From NCBI GenBank assembly GCA_904386005.1, contig CAJFKR010000001.1, positions 139,525-203,524 on the forward strand: 64,000 nucleotides of DNA, read 5' to 3'. How positions within the stretch are numbered: the first letter of the stretch is position 1; each line of letters begins with the position of its first letter. Origin of the DNA: Candidatus Flemingiibacterium merdigallinarum (lineage in GTDB: Bacteria > Bacillota > Clostridia > Oscillospirales > CAG-272). The position numbers and the translations under genes were made by a program. Below the pieces are notes generated by a model that saw only the letters and a list, made by a program, of their open reading frames with translations, did no database searches and had not been told where the DNA came from. Positions 53,936 to 63,448 of the stretch are shown here, piece by piece.

Positions 53936-54877
53936 TTGCCGGTTTTGGTGCGAATGAACGATATATTTGATACAGCTGATGGAATTGAAAAATCTGGTCG
54001 GGCTGACGGATTTGATGGAATTGACAAATCTGATAAATTTGATAAAGGCGAAGATACACACGAGCCGCGCGGCATCGTCTTTGACATAAAGGAGTTCGCG
54101 GTGCATGACGGGCCGGGTGTGCGGACGACGGTGTTCATGAAAGGCTGTCCGCTTTCCTGCCGCTGGTGTCACAATCCCGAGGGCTTGTCGCCGCGCCCCG
54201 AGCTGATGGTCAAGACCGCGCGCTGCCGTCACTGCGGCTTGTGTACGCGTCCCTGCGAACACGAGGACTGCAAGCCGTACGGTCGCTGTCTGCATATCTG
54301 TCCGGAGGGACTGATATCGGTCGTCGGCAAAAGCTGGACGCCCGACGAGCTGGCGGCGCGGATACTTCGAGACTATGATTTTCTGAAATCGAGCGGCGGC
54401 GTGACGATCTCGGGCGGCGAGCCGACGATGCAATCCGAGTTCGTGTCAGAGCTGCTGCGCCGGCTGCATGGGCTGCACCGCGCGGTCGAGACCTGCGGAT
54501 ATTGCAGCGGCGAGCGGTTCACGTCGGTGATAAATGAGTGCGATTATGTGATAATGGACATAAAGCTCGCCGACCCCGAAGCGCACAAGGTGTGGTGCGG
54601 CGTCGACAATGCCCCGATCCTCGAAAATTTCGAGCGGTTAAGGTCGAGCGGGCGCGAGTATCTCGTCCGAGTGCCGCTGATACCCGACGTCACCGACACG
54701 CGCGAGAATCTCGCCGCGATATCCGAAATCGTCGGCGACAGCAGGGTCGAGCTGCTCGGCTACAACAATATGGCGGGCGCGAAGTATGCCGGAGTCGGGC
54801 GGGTTTACACGCTTCCTGACAAGAAGAACCGCGAGATCGACCTTGCGCTGTTCAAGCACGCGGTATTGAGCCGGTAA
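53936..54877 (+). CDS. Glycyl-radical enzyme activase AE-3 (start uncertain: TTG 53936 or ATG 53954)
   Basis: FDIKEFAVHDGPGVRTTVFMKGCPLSCRWCHNPE, plus CRHCGLCTRPC and CLHICP. Low-complexity N-terminal extension. Confidence 0.88.
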   Translation: MPVLVRMNDIFDTADGIEKSGRADGFDGIDKSDKFDKGEDTHEPRGIVFDIKEFAVHDGPGVRTTVFMKGCPLSCRWCHNPEGLSPRPELMVKTARCRHCGLCTRPCEHEDCKPYGRCLHICPEGLISVVGKSWTPDELAARILRDYDFLKSSGGVTISGGEPTMQSEFVSELLRRLHGLHRAVETCGYCSGERFTSVINECDYVIMDIKLADPEAHKVWCGVDNAPILENFERLRSSGREYLVRVPLIPDVTDTRENLAAISEIVGDSRVELLGYNNMAGAKYAGVGRVYTLPDKKNREIDLALFKHAVLSR

Positions 54878-54953
54878 AATTCAATACACAGCATTGAGGA
54901 AATCGGGATAGAGAAATATTCGGAGAGGGAATCAATCAGAGAGGGAAAGCAAA

Positions 54954-57032
54954 ATGAACACAATCAAAATCACCCGCGCCGCCTTTGCACTCGCGGACGG
55001 CGGCATATACGAATTCACGCGCACGAACAACGGCTGGGAATACGCGTCGGGCGATATCAGCGCGCATCTGACAGTTACGGTTGACGAGCAAACCGCAGAC
55101 TTCGGCGTACTCGGCGCGATACGCGTATCGGCTTCGGTCGACGGCGGATGCTTTTCGGCAGACAACGCGATAATGCTGACTGTCGGCGAGGACATACCGG
55201 CTGTCAGCTACATGGCGAACTACCAGAGCTGTCCGCACTGGTGCCGTCCGGCGTTCCCCGAGACACAGGACGCGATACCGAACAAGACGCAGGCGTTACT
55301 CGGCAGATACGGTGATGAATACGGCTTTATCCTGCCGGTCGTGGACGAGACCTACAAGACCGCGCTGCGCGGCGGCGATGTCTCGGGGAGGGGCGGCATG
55401 GAGCTGTATAGCTTCGCGAACGTGTCGAATTTAAGTGAATGTGAGACGCTCGCGGCGGTATACGCGTTTGGAGCTGAGCCGTACAAGCTCGCGAGCGAGT
55501 GCGCGAAATACGCGCTTGAGCTGCTGAACAACGGCGCGGCGATCCGAGCCGAGCGCCGCTATCCCGAGATATTCGAATATCTCGGCTGGTGCTCGTGGGA
55601 CGCGCTCGAGATACGTGTCAGCACCGAGGGACTGCTCGAGAAGTGCCGCGAGTTCAAGGAGAAGAACATACCGGTGAAGTGGGCGATAATCGACGATATG
55701 TGGGCCGAGTGCGACAATCTGCGCGACATACCCGACGACCTGACGCGCGAGACGGGAATGTTCAAGGTCATGCACTCGTCGAAGCTGCGCAGCTTCGAAG
55801 CCGACCCGAAGCGCTTCCCGTTGGGACTTCGCGACTGCATAGCAAAGATACACGAATACGGACTTAAGGTGGGTATGTGGCACCCGACAAGCGGCTACTG
55901 GTCGGGTATCGACCCGACGTCGCCGCTCGCGGACGAGCTGCGCGAGCTCCTTATCGAGACACCGAACGGTCGGCTGCTGCCGAAGCCCGAGCTTGAGACG
56001 GCTTATCTATTCTACAACGCGTTCCACGATTTCCTCAAAGCCTGCGGCGCCGACTTTGTGAAGATAGACAATCAGGGCTTCATCGCCGAGAACTATCGCG
56101 AGGTACTGCCGCTCGGCAAGGCGGCGCGTGCGTTGCAGAAGGCTATCTGCTCGTCGGTCGGCGCGCACTTTGACAACGACATCATCAACTGCATGGGCAT
56201 GGCGAGCGAGAATATGTTCAACCGCCCGTCGGGCGCGGTTTCGCGCTGCTCGGGAGACTTTTTGCCCGAGAACCGCGAGTGGTTCATACGGCACATACTC
56301 GCCTGCTCGTACAACTCGCTCGTGCAGGGACAGTTCTACTGGAGCGACTGGGATATGTGGTGGACCGACGACGAGCAGGCGAAGAAGAACAGCGTCCTGC
56401 GCGCGATTTCGGGCGGCCCTATCTATGTCAGCGACAAGATCGGGCGCAGCCGTCCGGAGGTGTTCGAGCCGCTCTGCTACAGTGACGGTCGGATTCTGCG
56501 CTGCGAGTCGCCGGCGACGCCGACGCTCGACTGTCTTACGGTCGACCCCGAGAAGAGCGGACGGATATTCAAGGTGAAGAATCTATACGACAAGGGCGGC
56601 GTGATCGCGGCGTTCAACCTCGACGCGGGAAATCAGCCGGTCAGCGGCAGCATCCGCGCCGCCGATTTGGGACTTAGCGGCGAGGTCGCGATATACGAGC
56701 ATTTCTCGGGCGAGGCGTGGATTTTAGCGGACGGCGATAGTCTCGACGTGACCTTGTCCGACCACGACGACTTCCGGCTCTACACGATAGTGCCGTTCGA
56801 CAAAATCGCGGTGCTCGGTCTTATCGACAAATTCAACTCTCCGCTCGCGGTATCCGGCGGATTCGACGATGTATACTCGCTCTACGAGGGCGGCGAGTTC
56901 GCGATAGTCGCTCCGGAGGGCGAATACAAGCTGCACACCGACGCCGGCGACTATGCGCTCGAGCGGAATGGGTGCGTATATTCGGCGAAGCTGCCGCTTG
57001 AGACACGCGCGGTGAAGATTGTGCGGCGATGA
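54954..57032 (+). CDS. Cytoplasmic GH36-clan / raffinose-synthase (Sip1)-like glycosidase
   Basis: YLGWCSWDALE, WAIIDDMW and FVKIDNQG motifs. No signal peptide. GAGAGGGAAAG RBS. Confidence 0.72.
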   Translation: MNTIKITRAAFALADGGIYEFTRTNNGWEYASGDISAHLTVTVDEQTADFGVLGAIRVSASVDGGCFSADNAIMLTVGEDIPAVSYMANYQSCPHWCRPAFPETQDAIPNKTQALLGRYGDEYGFILPVVDETYKTALRGGDVSGRGGMELYSFANVSNLSECETLAAVYAFGAEPYKLASECAKYALELLNNGAAIRAERRYPEIFEYLGWCSWDALEIRVSTEGLLEKCREFKEKNIPVKWAIIDDMWAECDNLRDIPDDLTRETGMFKVMHSSKLRSFEADPKRFPLGLRDCIAKIHEYGLKVGMWHPTSGYWSGIDPTSPLADELRELLIETPNGRLLPKPELETAYLFYNAFHDFLKACGADFVKIDNQGFIAENYREVLPLGKAARALQKAICSSVGAHFDNDIINCMGMASENMFNRPSGAVSRCSGDFLPENREWFIRHILACSYNSLVQGQFYWSDWDMWWTDDEQAKKNSVLRAISGGPIYVSDKIGRSRPEVFEPLCYSDGRILRCESPATPTLDCLTVDPEKSGRIFKVKNLYDKGGVIAAFNLDAGNQPVSGSIRAADLGLSGEVAIYEHFSGEAWILADGDSLDVTLSDHDDFRLYTIVPFDKIAVLGLIDKFNSPLAVSGGFDDVYSLYEGGEFAIVAPEGEYKLHTDAGDYALERNGCVYSAKLPLETRAVKIVRR

Positions 57033-57105
57033 GGAGAAATAGATAATAAATTGACATAACAAATGGCTGTCGTTTTTTAGCGACAGCCATATTGTGTATT
57101 CTTTG

Positions 57106-57915
57106 TTATAACAATTTAATGATATTATTTCTATATTCAGTTGGAGATTGCTTACTATACTTTTTAAAAAACAGTGAAAAATTTGAAACATTATCAAATC
57201 CCACCATAACAGCAATATCACTGATGCTTTTTTCAGTCGAAGTTAGCAGCATACAGGCGTATTCATACCGTTTAATATTTAATAAAGCTTTGACACTCAT
57301 ACCAAAATATCGATGACATATGCGTTGAAGACTTGATATACTGGTATAGAGACCATCAGCGATATCAGTTAGTGTAATATTATCTGATATATGAGTGTTG
57401 ATGTATTCGGTAAGACGAGTAGAATTTAGCTTGGACATATCGAGTTCACTTTGATTAATTATTTGACAAATAATTAATTTAGCAGCTAAGTTTTGTGCCT
57501 CATACGCCAAACAATCACTCTGAAATAAACTATTGGACAGCACTGTGGTGAACTTTAATATCTCGGGAATATTTAGAATTGTAGGAGTTTTGAATTTATC
57601 GATAAGGCTATAAGGGGGTGTATTATTATCATAAACCATATCTATGCCGCACTGACTATATCCATTAACGCTTGTTAACATATGATTATAAGCAGGCGGA
57701 ATAATCATAACACAGCCTTCGCGTACGACAAAAGTATTGTTGTCATTATAAACATTCAAACTGCCACAGGTAACAACAATAAATTGATAAAACTCATGCT
57801 GATGATAATCCATTTTAAAGCCGGCAGGGCGTACCATATAGTCGATATGGATTATTGGATAATCGGGGTGACTTGATACATATGAAATTTCTGTTTGCAA
57901 CGCGTAATCTCCCAT
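57106..57915 (-). CDS. AraC-family transcriptional regulator (AT-rich islet)
   Basis: C-terminal HTH ISDIAVMVGFDNVSNFSLFFKKYSKQSPTEYRNN. Cupin-like N-terminus. Confidence 0.85.
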   Translation of the reverse strand: MGDYALQTEISYVSSHPDYPIIHIDYMVRPAGFKMDYHQHEFYQFIVVTCGSLNVYNDNNTFVVREGCVMIIPPAYNHMLTSVNGYSQCGIDMVYDNNTPPYSLIDKFKTPTILNIPEILKFTTVLSNSLFQSDCLAYEAQNLAAKLIICQIINQSELDMSKLNSTRLTEYINTHISDNITLTDIADGLYTSISSLQRICHRYFGMSVKALLNIKRYEYACMLLTSTEKSISDIAVMVGFDNVSNFSLFFKKYSKQSPTEYRNNIIKLL

Positions 57916-58037
57916 TGACTCGATTTAATAACATTATGAACATTTTTTATATTGTAATTATCGGTCTGTTCTTGTATAATATAGACAAAGCCTGTGTTTG
58001 TTATATATGGGCTAATAAAAATGAGGTGGGAAATGCT

Positions 58038-59468
58038 ATGTACCGAGTATTTTCATTGATATGCGTTCTATCGCTGCTAATGGCAAGTGTTTCATGTGTC
58101 AGTGATGACAACGATGTTGTGACGACTAATGAATCATCTCAATCAGAAGTTGAAACAACAGAGTTATTTACTGTTGAAATTAAGGATTTTGACAACTATG
58201 ATTTCAGATTCTACACATATTCAACAGGCGTTGATATGTATGCGCCGGAAGAGGAGACAGGCGATATTGTAAATGACGCGGTATACCGTCGAAATCGCGA
58301 AATCGAAGAAATGTACAATATCACTATCAGTACGATTGACAGCGGCACGTTGAATGAAAGAGAACATAGAGATGCGATTAATACAATGATCAACGCGGGC
58401 GATGAGGCTTGCGATGTTGTATTGAATATTGGAAAGCAGCTGGCAAACCAAGCGCTGGATGGTTATTATATCAATATGTATGATATTGAGGAATTCGACT
58501 TCGACAAATCGTGGTGGTCAAAGCAGCTTGTAGAAGATTTATCGTTTTCTGGTTGTATGTATTTTTGCTCAAACAATCTCCATTATGAGGAATTTGCGGC
58601 TTCGAAGGTGTTTTACTTCAACAAAGATAAAATCGACGAATACCAACTGGATGATCCATATGAGCTTGTTTTAAGCGGAAAATGGGTAATTAATCGAATG
58701 ATTGAAATGACACGAGATGTTAACGAGGATTTGAATGGCAACAATATAGCTGACAACGAAGATTTTTACGGCTTGCTGACTACTGTGTCACATAATGCGT
58801 GGGCAGTTTGCTTTGATATCCCAGTGTGGGAAAAAAATAATGACTCAATTGAATTGGTGGCAATGAGCGATAAAATGTTAAATGCATTCGATAAAATCCA
58901 CTCGTGGTATTATGACAGCATTGGATTATATACGTGGGATAGTTACTCAAAAGCAATAAATGAGATGCGCGATATGTTCAAAGCCGGGCAGGGGATGTTT
59001 GTATTTGGTTTTGTGGGTGATTCCGGCACATATTATAGAGATACCGATGTCGATTATGGTATTGTACCATTTCCAAAATACGATGAAAATCAAGAAAATT
59101 ATCGTGTATTCTTCGGAGCTAATACGTCAAATATGTTTGCCATCCCGATATTTGCATCCGATAAATCAAGAACCGGTCTAATATTAGAGGCGCTTTCGGC
59201 TAAAGGATATGAGGAATTGATACCGGTATATTATGAGGTCGCACTCAAAGATAAATATATGAGAGATGAAACTTCGGTAGAAATTCTTGACATTATTACT
59301 GAAAACAGAACCATCAGCTTTTCATATTGTTATGACAATTGGGATGCCGGTCTTGGCTTTGGTAATTGTTTTCAGAGTGAATTTAAAGATAGTTTCTCTA
59401 CATTCTACGCTGCTCGTGAAAATATTGTAAAATCACGCATACAGAAAGTAGTTGAAGCTTTTACTTAA
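58038..59468 (+). CDS. ABC transporter sugar/oligosaccharide-binding lipoprotein (AT-rich islet), with no adjacent permease genes
   Basis: Lipobox LLMASVSCVSD at ATG 58038. Paralog of 33778..35256. Confidence 0.85.
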   Translation: MYRVFSLICVLSLLMASVSCVSDDNDVVTTNESSQSEVETTELFTVEIKDFDNYDFRFYTYSTGVDMYAPEEETGDIVNDAVYRRNREIEEMYNITISTIDSGTLNEREHRDAINTMINAGDEACDVVLNIGKQLANQALDGYYINMYDIEEFDFDKSWWSKQLVEDLSFSGCMYFCSNNLHYEEFAASKVFYFNKDKIDEYQLDDPYELVLSGKWVINRMIEMTRDVNEDLNGNNIADNEDFYGLLTTVSHNAWAVCFDIPVWEKNNDSIELVAMSDKMLNAFDKIHSWYYDSIGLYTWDSYSKAINEMRDMFKAGQGMFVFGFVGDSGTYYRDTDVDYGIVPFPKYDENQENYRVFFGANTSNMFAIPIFASDKSRTGLILEALSAKGYEELIPVYYEVALKDKYMRDETSVEILDIITENRTISFSYCYDNWDAGLGFGNCFQSEFKDSFSTFYAARENIVKSRIQKVVEAFT

Positions 59469-59523
59469 TCATCATACTTGCAGTAAGTCAGTTTCTTGCC
59501 AGTGCGGGCATTTCATCACGCGA

Positions 59524-59560
59524 CCCTTTGCGTCATGAGACGCAAGGGCCGCGCTTTTGT
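59524..59560 (+). terminator. Probable terminator
   Basis: Stem ccctttgcgtc/gacgcaaggg with loop atga. The T-run begins 6 nt later. Confidence 0.5.
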
Positions 59561-59665
59561 ACCATAACTTACTGAAGTGACGCTCACAATCTGTACACCC
59601 TGTCGCAGGCTTTAGTATTATATTCGGTTAACTGCATTTGTGACGTCGTAAGTAGTCAACCGCGG

Positions 59666-60553
59666 TCAGTCTATGGCCTTTATCTTGTAGCCGACCGAAT
59701 ACTTCTTGCCCGGCTCAAGCGTGATCGCGTAGGGCTTGTCCTCGAAGTTGCCGGTCTCGCCGAGGTGCGCGGGGAGTCCGTTCCACGGCTCGAGGCAGAC
59801 GAACGGAGCCTGCTTTTTCGGTGGCGTCCAGACGCCGAGCGCGTTGAAGCCGGTGAAGTCGAAGTCGATGCCCTTGCCGGTGTTCTTGTTGACCAGCTTG
59901 ACCTGACGGCTCTTCAGCTTCTTTGCGAGCAGCACGTCGACGTCGAAGTCGGGATAGTTCAGCTCCCACTCGTTCGTGTTCTTCAGCTTGTCGGTTATCG
60001 GCAGCGATGGGTCTATGTAACCTCCGCCGTAGTTGGTTGTGTAGATGACGTCCTCATTCTCGACCTCGCTGAATATCAGCTTGTAATCCGAGAATTTCTC
60101 GCCGTCATGCAGCGGGCATTTGAAGCCGGCGTGACCGCCGATGCAGAACACGATGTTCTTCGAGTCGATATTCTCGACTGTATATGTAGTCGAGAAGCCC
60201 TCGTCACTGATTTTGTGCTCGATAAGCAGACGGAACTTGTACGGGTAGACCTCGTGCGACGCGGCGCTGTCGAATAATTCGTACACGAGCCGGTCGGAGT
60301 CGGCTTCGAGCAGCCGGAACTCCTGCTTGCGCGCAAAGCCGTGCTTCTTCAGCGGATACGCCTTGCCCTCGAATTTTACGCTGTCGTCGATTGTCGAGCC
60401 GACTGTCGGGAACAATACCGGCGCGTGGCTTGCCCAGTACTCGGGCAGTCCCTCCCAGACGTATTCCTGCCCGTCGCGCTTATACGAGACAAGCTCGCCG
60501 CCGAGCGTTGAGCCGACAGCCACGGCTTTCGCGGTTTTAATTTCTGTGTTCAT
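59666..60553 (-). CDS. Aldose 1-epimerase (galactose-mutarotase-like) family protein
   Basis: PVLFPTVG...HGFAR...GGHAGF...CLEPW pattern. Confidence 0.85.
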   Translation of the reverse strand: MNTEIKTAKAVAVGSTLGGELVSYKRDGQEYVWEGLPEYWASHAPVLFPTVGSTIDDSVKFEGKAYPLKKHGFARKQEFRLLEADSDRLVYELFDSAASHEVYPYKFRLLIEHKISDEGFSTTYTVENIDSKNIVFCIGGHAGFKCPLHDGEKFSDYKLIFSEVENEDVIYTTNYGGGYIDPSLPITDKLKNTNEWELNYPDFDVDVLLAKKLKSRQVKLVNKNTGKGIDFDFTGFNALGVWTPPKKQAPFVCLEPWNGLPAHLGETGNFEDKPYAITLEPGKKYSVGYKIKAID

Positions 60554-60762
60554 TCTTGATTCCTCCTGATAATATTGGATAGTATGATTTTACCTGCCGG
60601 TCCCTCGGCGTATGCTTATATGCAAGCGTTCCGATGCAGCGGCAAACTCACGAAATAACAGACAGCGGCACGGCAGATTCGCCGCGCCGCTGTTTTATTT
60701 GCGCTGTCACGTATAAATTCTAATCCGGTCTGCGTAACAGTTATCACGACGCGGAGCCGCGT

Positions 60763-62766
60763 TTATTCCTTCATTCTCGGCGGGAATTCACCGTCGTGTC
60801 CTGAGTGCTGGTTCTTAGCCCTTTCCTCTGCTTCGCGGCGCTGGCGCGCTTCCTCGTCGGCTATCGCGCGATTGCGGTTCTCCTCCTCGCTGCGGCGGCG
60901 CTTCTCCTCGGCGAGCGCTTCAAGCTCCTCCTCGGTCGCGCCGTCGTCCATAGCGGCGTTGAACTGCGCCTCGTCCATGACCTCGTGCTTCATAAGGAAC
61001 GCGGCGATGAAATGCAGCTTGTCGATGTTCTCGTTTAAGAGCTTCATCGCGGTGTTGTACGCCGTCTCGACCAGACGCTTGATTTCATTGTCGATGAGTG
61101 TCGCGGTGTCCTCGGAGTAGTTGCGCGACGTGTTGAAGTCGCGGCCGAGGAATACCTCGTCGCTGTTGTGCTCCGAGCCGTAGACTATCGGTCCGAGCAC
61201 GTCGCTCATGCCATAGCGGGTGACCATGTTGCGGGCAATCGTAGTCGCGCGCTGGATGTCGTTCGACGCTCCGGTCGAGATGTCGCCGAGAATCAGCTTC
61301 TCCGCGACGCGTCCGCCGAGCAGCGAGACAATCTCGTTCTCCATCTCGCTCTTCGAATTGTACGAGCGATCCTCCTTGGGCAGCGACAGCGTATATCCGC
61401 CGGCGCGTCCGCTCGGGATTATCGAGATCTGATGAACCGGTGTGTCGGGCTGCAAAATCTTCGTGACGATAGCGTGACCGGCTTCGTGGTACGCGGTCAG
61501 CCGCTTTTCCTTTTCGCTGATTATCTTCGACTTCTTCTGAGGTCCGACCAATACCTTTATCGTCGCTTCCTCGAGGTCGTTCATACCGATAAGGCTTTTA
61601 CCCTTGCGAGCCGCGAGCAGCGCCGCTTCGTTCAAGAGATTCGCGAGGTCCGCGCCGGTGAAGCCGACCGTAGTCTTTGCGAGTGTGTGAAGGTCTACGT
61701 TTTCCTCAAACGGCTTGCCGTTCGCGTGAACCTTGAGTATTTCCTCGCGTCCGTTGATATCCGGGTAGTTTACCGTGATCTGCCGGTCGAAGCGTCCTGG
61801 ACGCAGCAGCGCCGGGTCGAGTATATCCGGACGGTTGGTCGCCGCGATGACGATGACTCCCTCGTTGCCGCCGAAGCCGTCCATCTCGACGAGCAGCTGG
61901 TTCAGTGTCTGCTCGCGCTCGTCATGTCCGCCGCCGAGTCCGGCTCCGCGGTGACGTCCGACCGCGTCGATTTCATCGATGAATATGATGCTCGCCGGAT
62001 TCTTCTTCGCGGTGTCGAACAGGTCGCGCACACGCGACGCGCCGACGCCGACGTACATCTCGACGAAATCCGAACCCGAGATCGAGTAGAACGGAACTCC
62101 GGCTTCTCCGGCTACCGCCTTTGCGAGCAGGGTCTTACCGGTGCCGGGAGGTCCTACAAGCAGGACGCCGTGCGGTATGTGCGCGCCGAGCCGCGAGAAC
62201 TTAGCCGGATCGCGCAGGAACTCGACTACCTCGACGAGCTCTTCCTTCTCCTCATCCGCTCCGGCTACGTCCTTGAAGTATACCTTCTTTTTCTCGTCCG
62301 AACCGAGCTTGGCGCGCGCCTTACCGAAGCTGCCTACCTTGCCGCCCTTGCCGCCGGCGCCCGAGAACTGGTTGATTATGAAGAACCAGAATACAATGAA
62401 CAGTATGATTACTATAGCGTACGGCAGCAGGCTGACCCACCACGGGATATCCACCGGCTCGGCGATGTTGTACTCCTCGATGATGCCGTCGCGGAACTGC
62501 TGCTCTATAGTGTCGCCGAACTGCTGCCAGAACACGTAGTAGTCGCGCAGCTTGAACGTGACTATCGTATTGTCCTGCTTTATTATAGTCAGCCGGTCGT
62601 CGCTGTCTATCTCAAAGGCTTTGACCTGCTGTTCGTAGAACAGCCGGTCAATATCGCTGTAAATGACCTTCTCGCCCGGCTGATTGCCGAACAGCGCCGC
62701 CGTCGCGAAGAGTATCACGCCGATCAGCACCACGTAGAAGATCATTATCTTATAATTTGATTTCAT
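60763..62766 (-). CDS. ftsH: ATP-dependent zinc metalloprotease FtsH
   Basis: Walker [12 protein letters not shown] region, and zinc motif HEAGHAI. Confidence 0.95.
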   Translation of the reverse strand: MKSNYKIMIFYVVLIGVILFATAALFGNQPGEKVIYSDIDRLFYEQQVKAFEIDSDDRLTIIKQDNTIVTFKLRDYYVFWQQFGDTIEQQFRDGIIEEYNIAEPVDIPWWVSLLPYAIVIILFIVFWFFIINQFSGAGGKGGKVGSFGKARAKLGSDEKKKVYFKDVAGADEEKEELVEVVEFLRDPAKFSRLGAHIPHGVLLVGPPGTGKTLLAKAVAGEAGVPFYSISGSDFVEMYVGVGASRVRDLFDTAKKNPASIIFIDEIDAVGRHRGAGLGGGHDEREQTLNQLLVEMDGFGGNEGVIVIAATNRPDILDPALLRPGRFDRQITVNYPDINGREEILKVHANGKPFEENVDLHTLAKTTVGFTGADLANLLNEAALLAARKGKSLIGMNDLEEATIKVLVGPQKKSKIISEKEKRLTAYHEAGHAIVTKILQPDTPVHQISIIPSGRAGGYTLSLPKEDRSYNSKSEMENEIVSLLGGRVAEKLILGDISTGASNDIQRATTIARNMVTRYGMSDVLGPIVYGSEHNSDEVFLGRDFNTSRNYSEDTATLIDNEIKRLVETAYNTAMKLLNENIDKLHFIAAFLMKHEVMDEAQFNAAMDDGATEEELEALAEEKRRRSEEENRNRAIADEEARQRREAEERAKNQHSGHDGEFPPRMKE

Positions 62767-62843
62767 TAATTAAAACCTCGCCGGAGCGCCGCGGTACGCG
62801 GAACGCCCGCCATCCTTTCTTGTTTTGTCAAATATCACCGTGG

Positions 62844-63401
62844 TCAGTTTTTATTCTGATACACTTTGGGGCTGAGCACGCCTATGTAAGGCAGAGCCCG
62901 GTATTTTTCGTCATAGTCAAGCCCATAGCCGACCACAAACTCATCGGGTATCACCCTGCCGCAGTAGTCGGGGGTGAGGTTTATGCTCGGGTCGCGACGG
63001 TCGGGCTTGTCGAGCACGGTGGCGATCCGGACACTCTTTGCGCCCTTGTTTTTAAGGTAGGTCGTGAGGTATGACAGCGTGTGTCCGCTGTCGATAATGT
63101 CCTCGACTATCAGGATATCGATATCGGAGATATCGCTGCGGTGCAAATCGAGCAGTATCGTCGGTGTACCGCTTGACGTAGTTGAGCGACCGTAGCTCGA
63201 TACCTTCATGAAATCGATCTCGACCGGGATGCTGATTTTTTTCATGAGGTCGCCCATGAACACGACCGAGCCTTTCAGAATACAGAGCAGCAGCAGCCGC
63301 TTTCCTCGGTAGTCCTCGCTGATGCGATCGGCGATATCCTGCGTGATTTTATCGAGCTCCTCGCGTGAGACCAGAATGCTTTCAATGTCATTATTAATCA
63401 A
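62844..63401 (-). CDS. hpt: hypoxanthine phosphoribosyltransferase
   Basis: PRPP-binding motif ILIVEDIIDSGHTLSYL, 185 aa, in the conserved tilS-hpt-ftsH order. Confidence 0.92.
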   Translation of the reverse strand: MINNDIESILVSREELDKITQDIADRISEDYRGKRLLLLCILKGSVVFMGDLMKKISIPVEIDFMKVSSYGRSTTSSGTPTILLDLHRSDISDIDILIVEDIIDSGHTLSYLTTYLKNKGAKSVRIATVLDKPDRRDPSINLTPDYCGRVIPDEFVVGYGLDYDEKYRALPYIGVLSPKVYQNKN

Positions 63402-63448
63402 ATCGGAACCATACCTTTCTTAACAAAGCCGGTTTATATCGGACGGCG

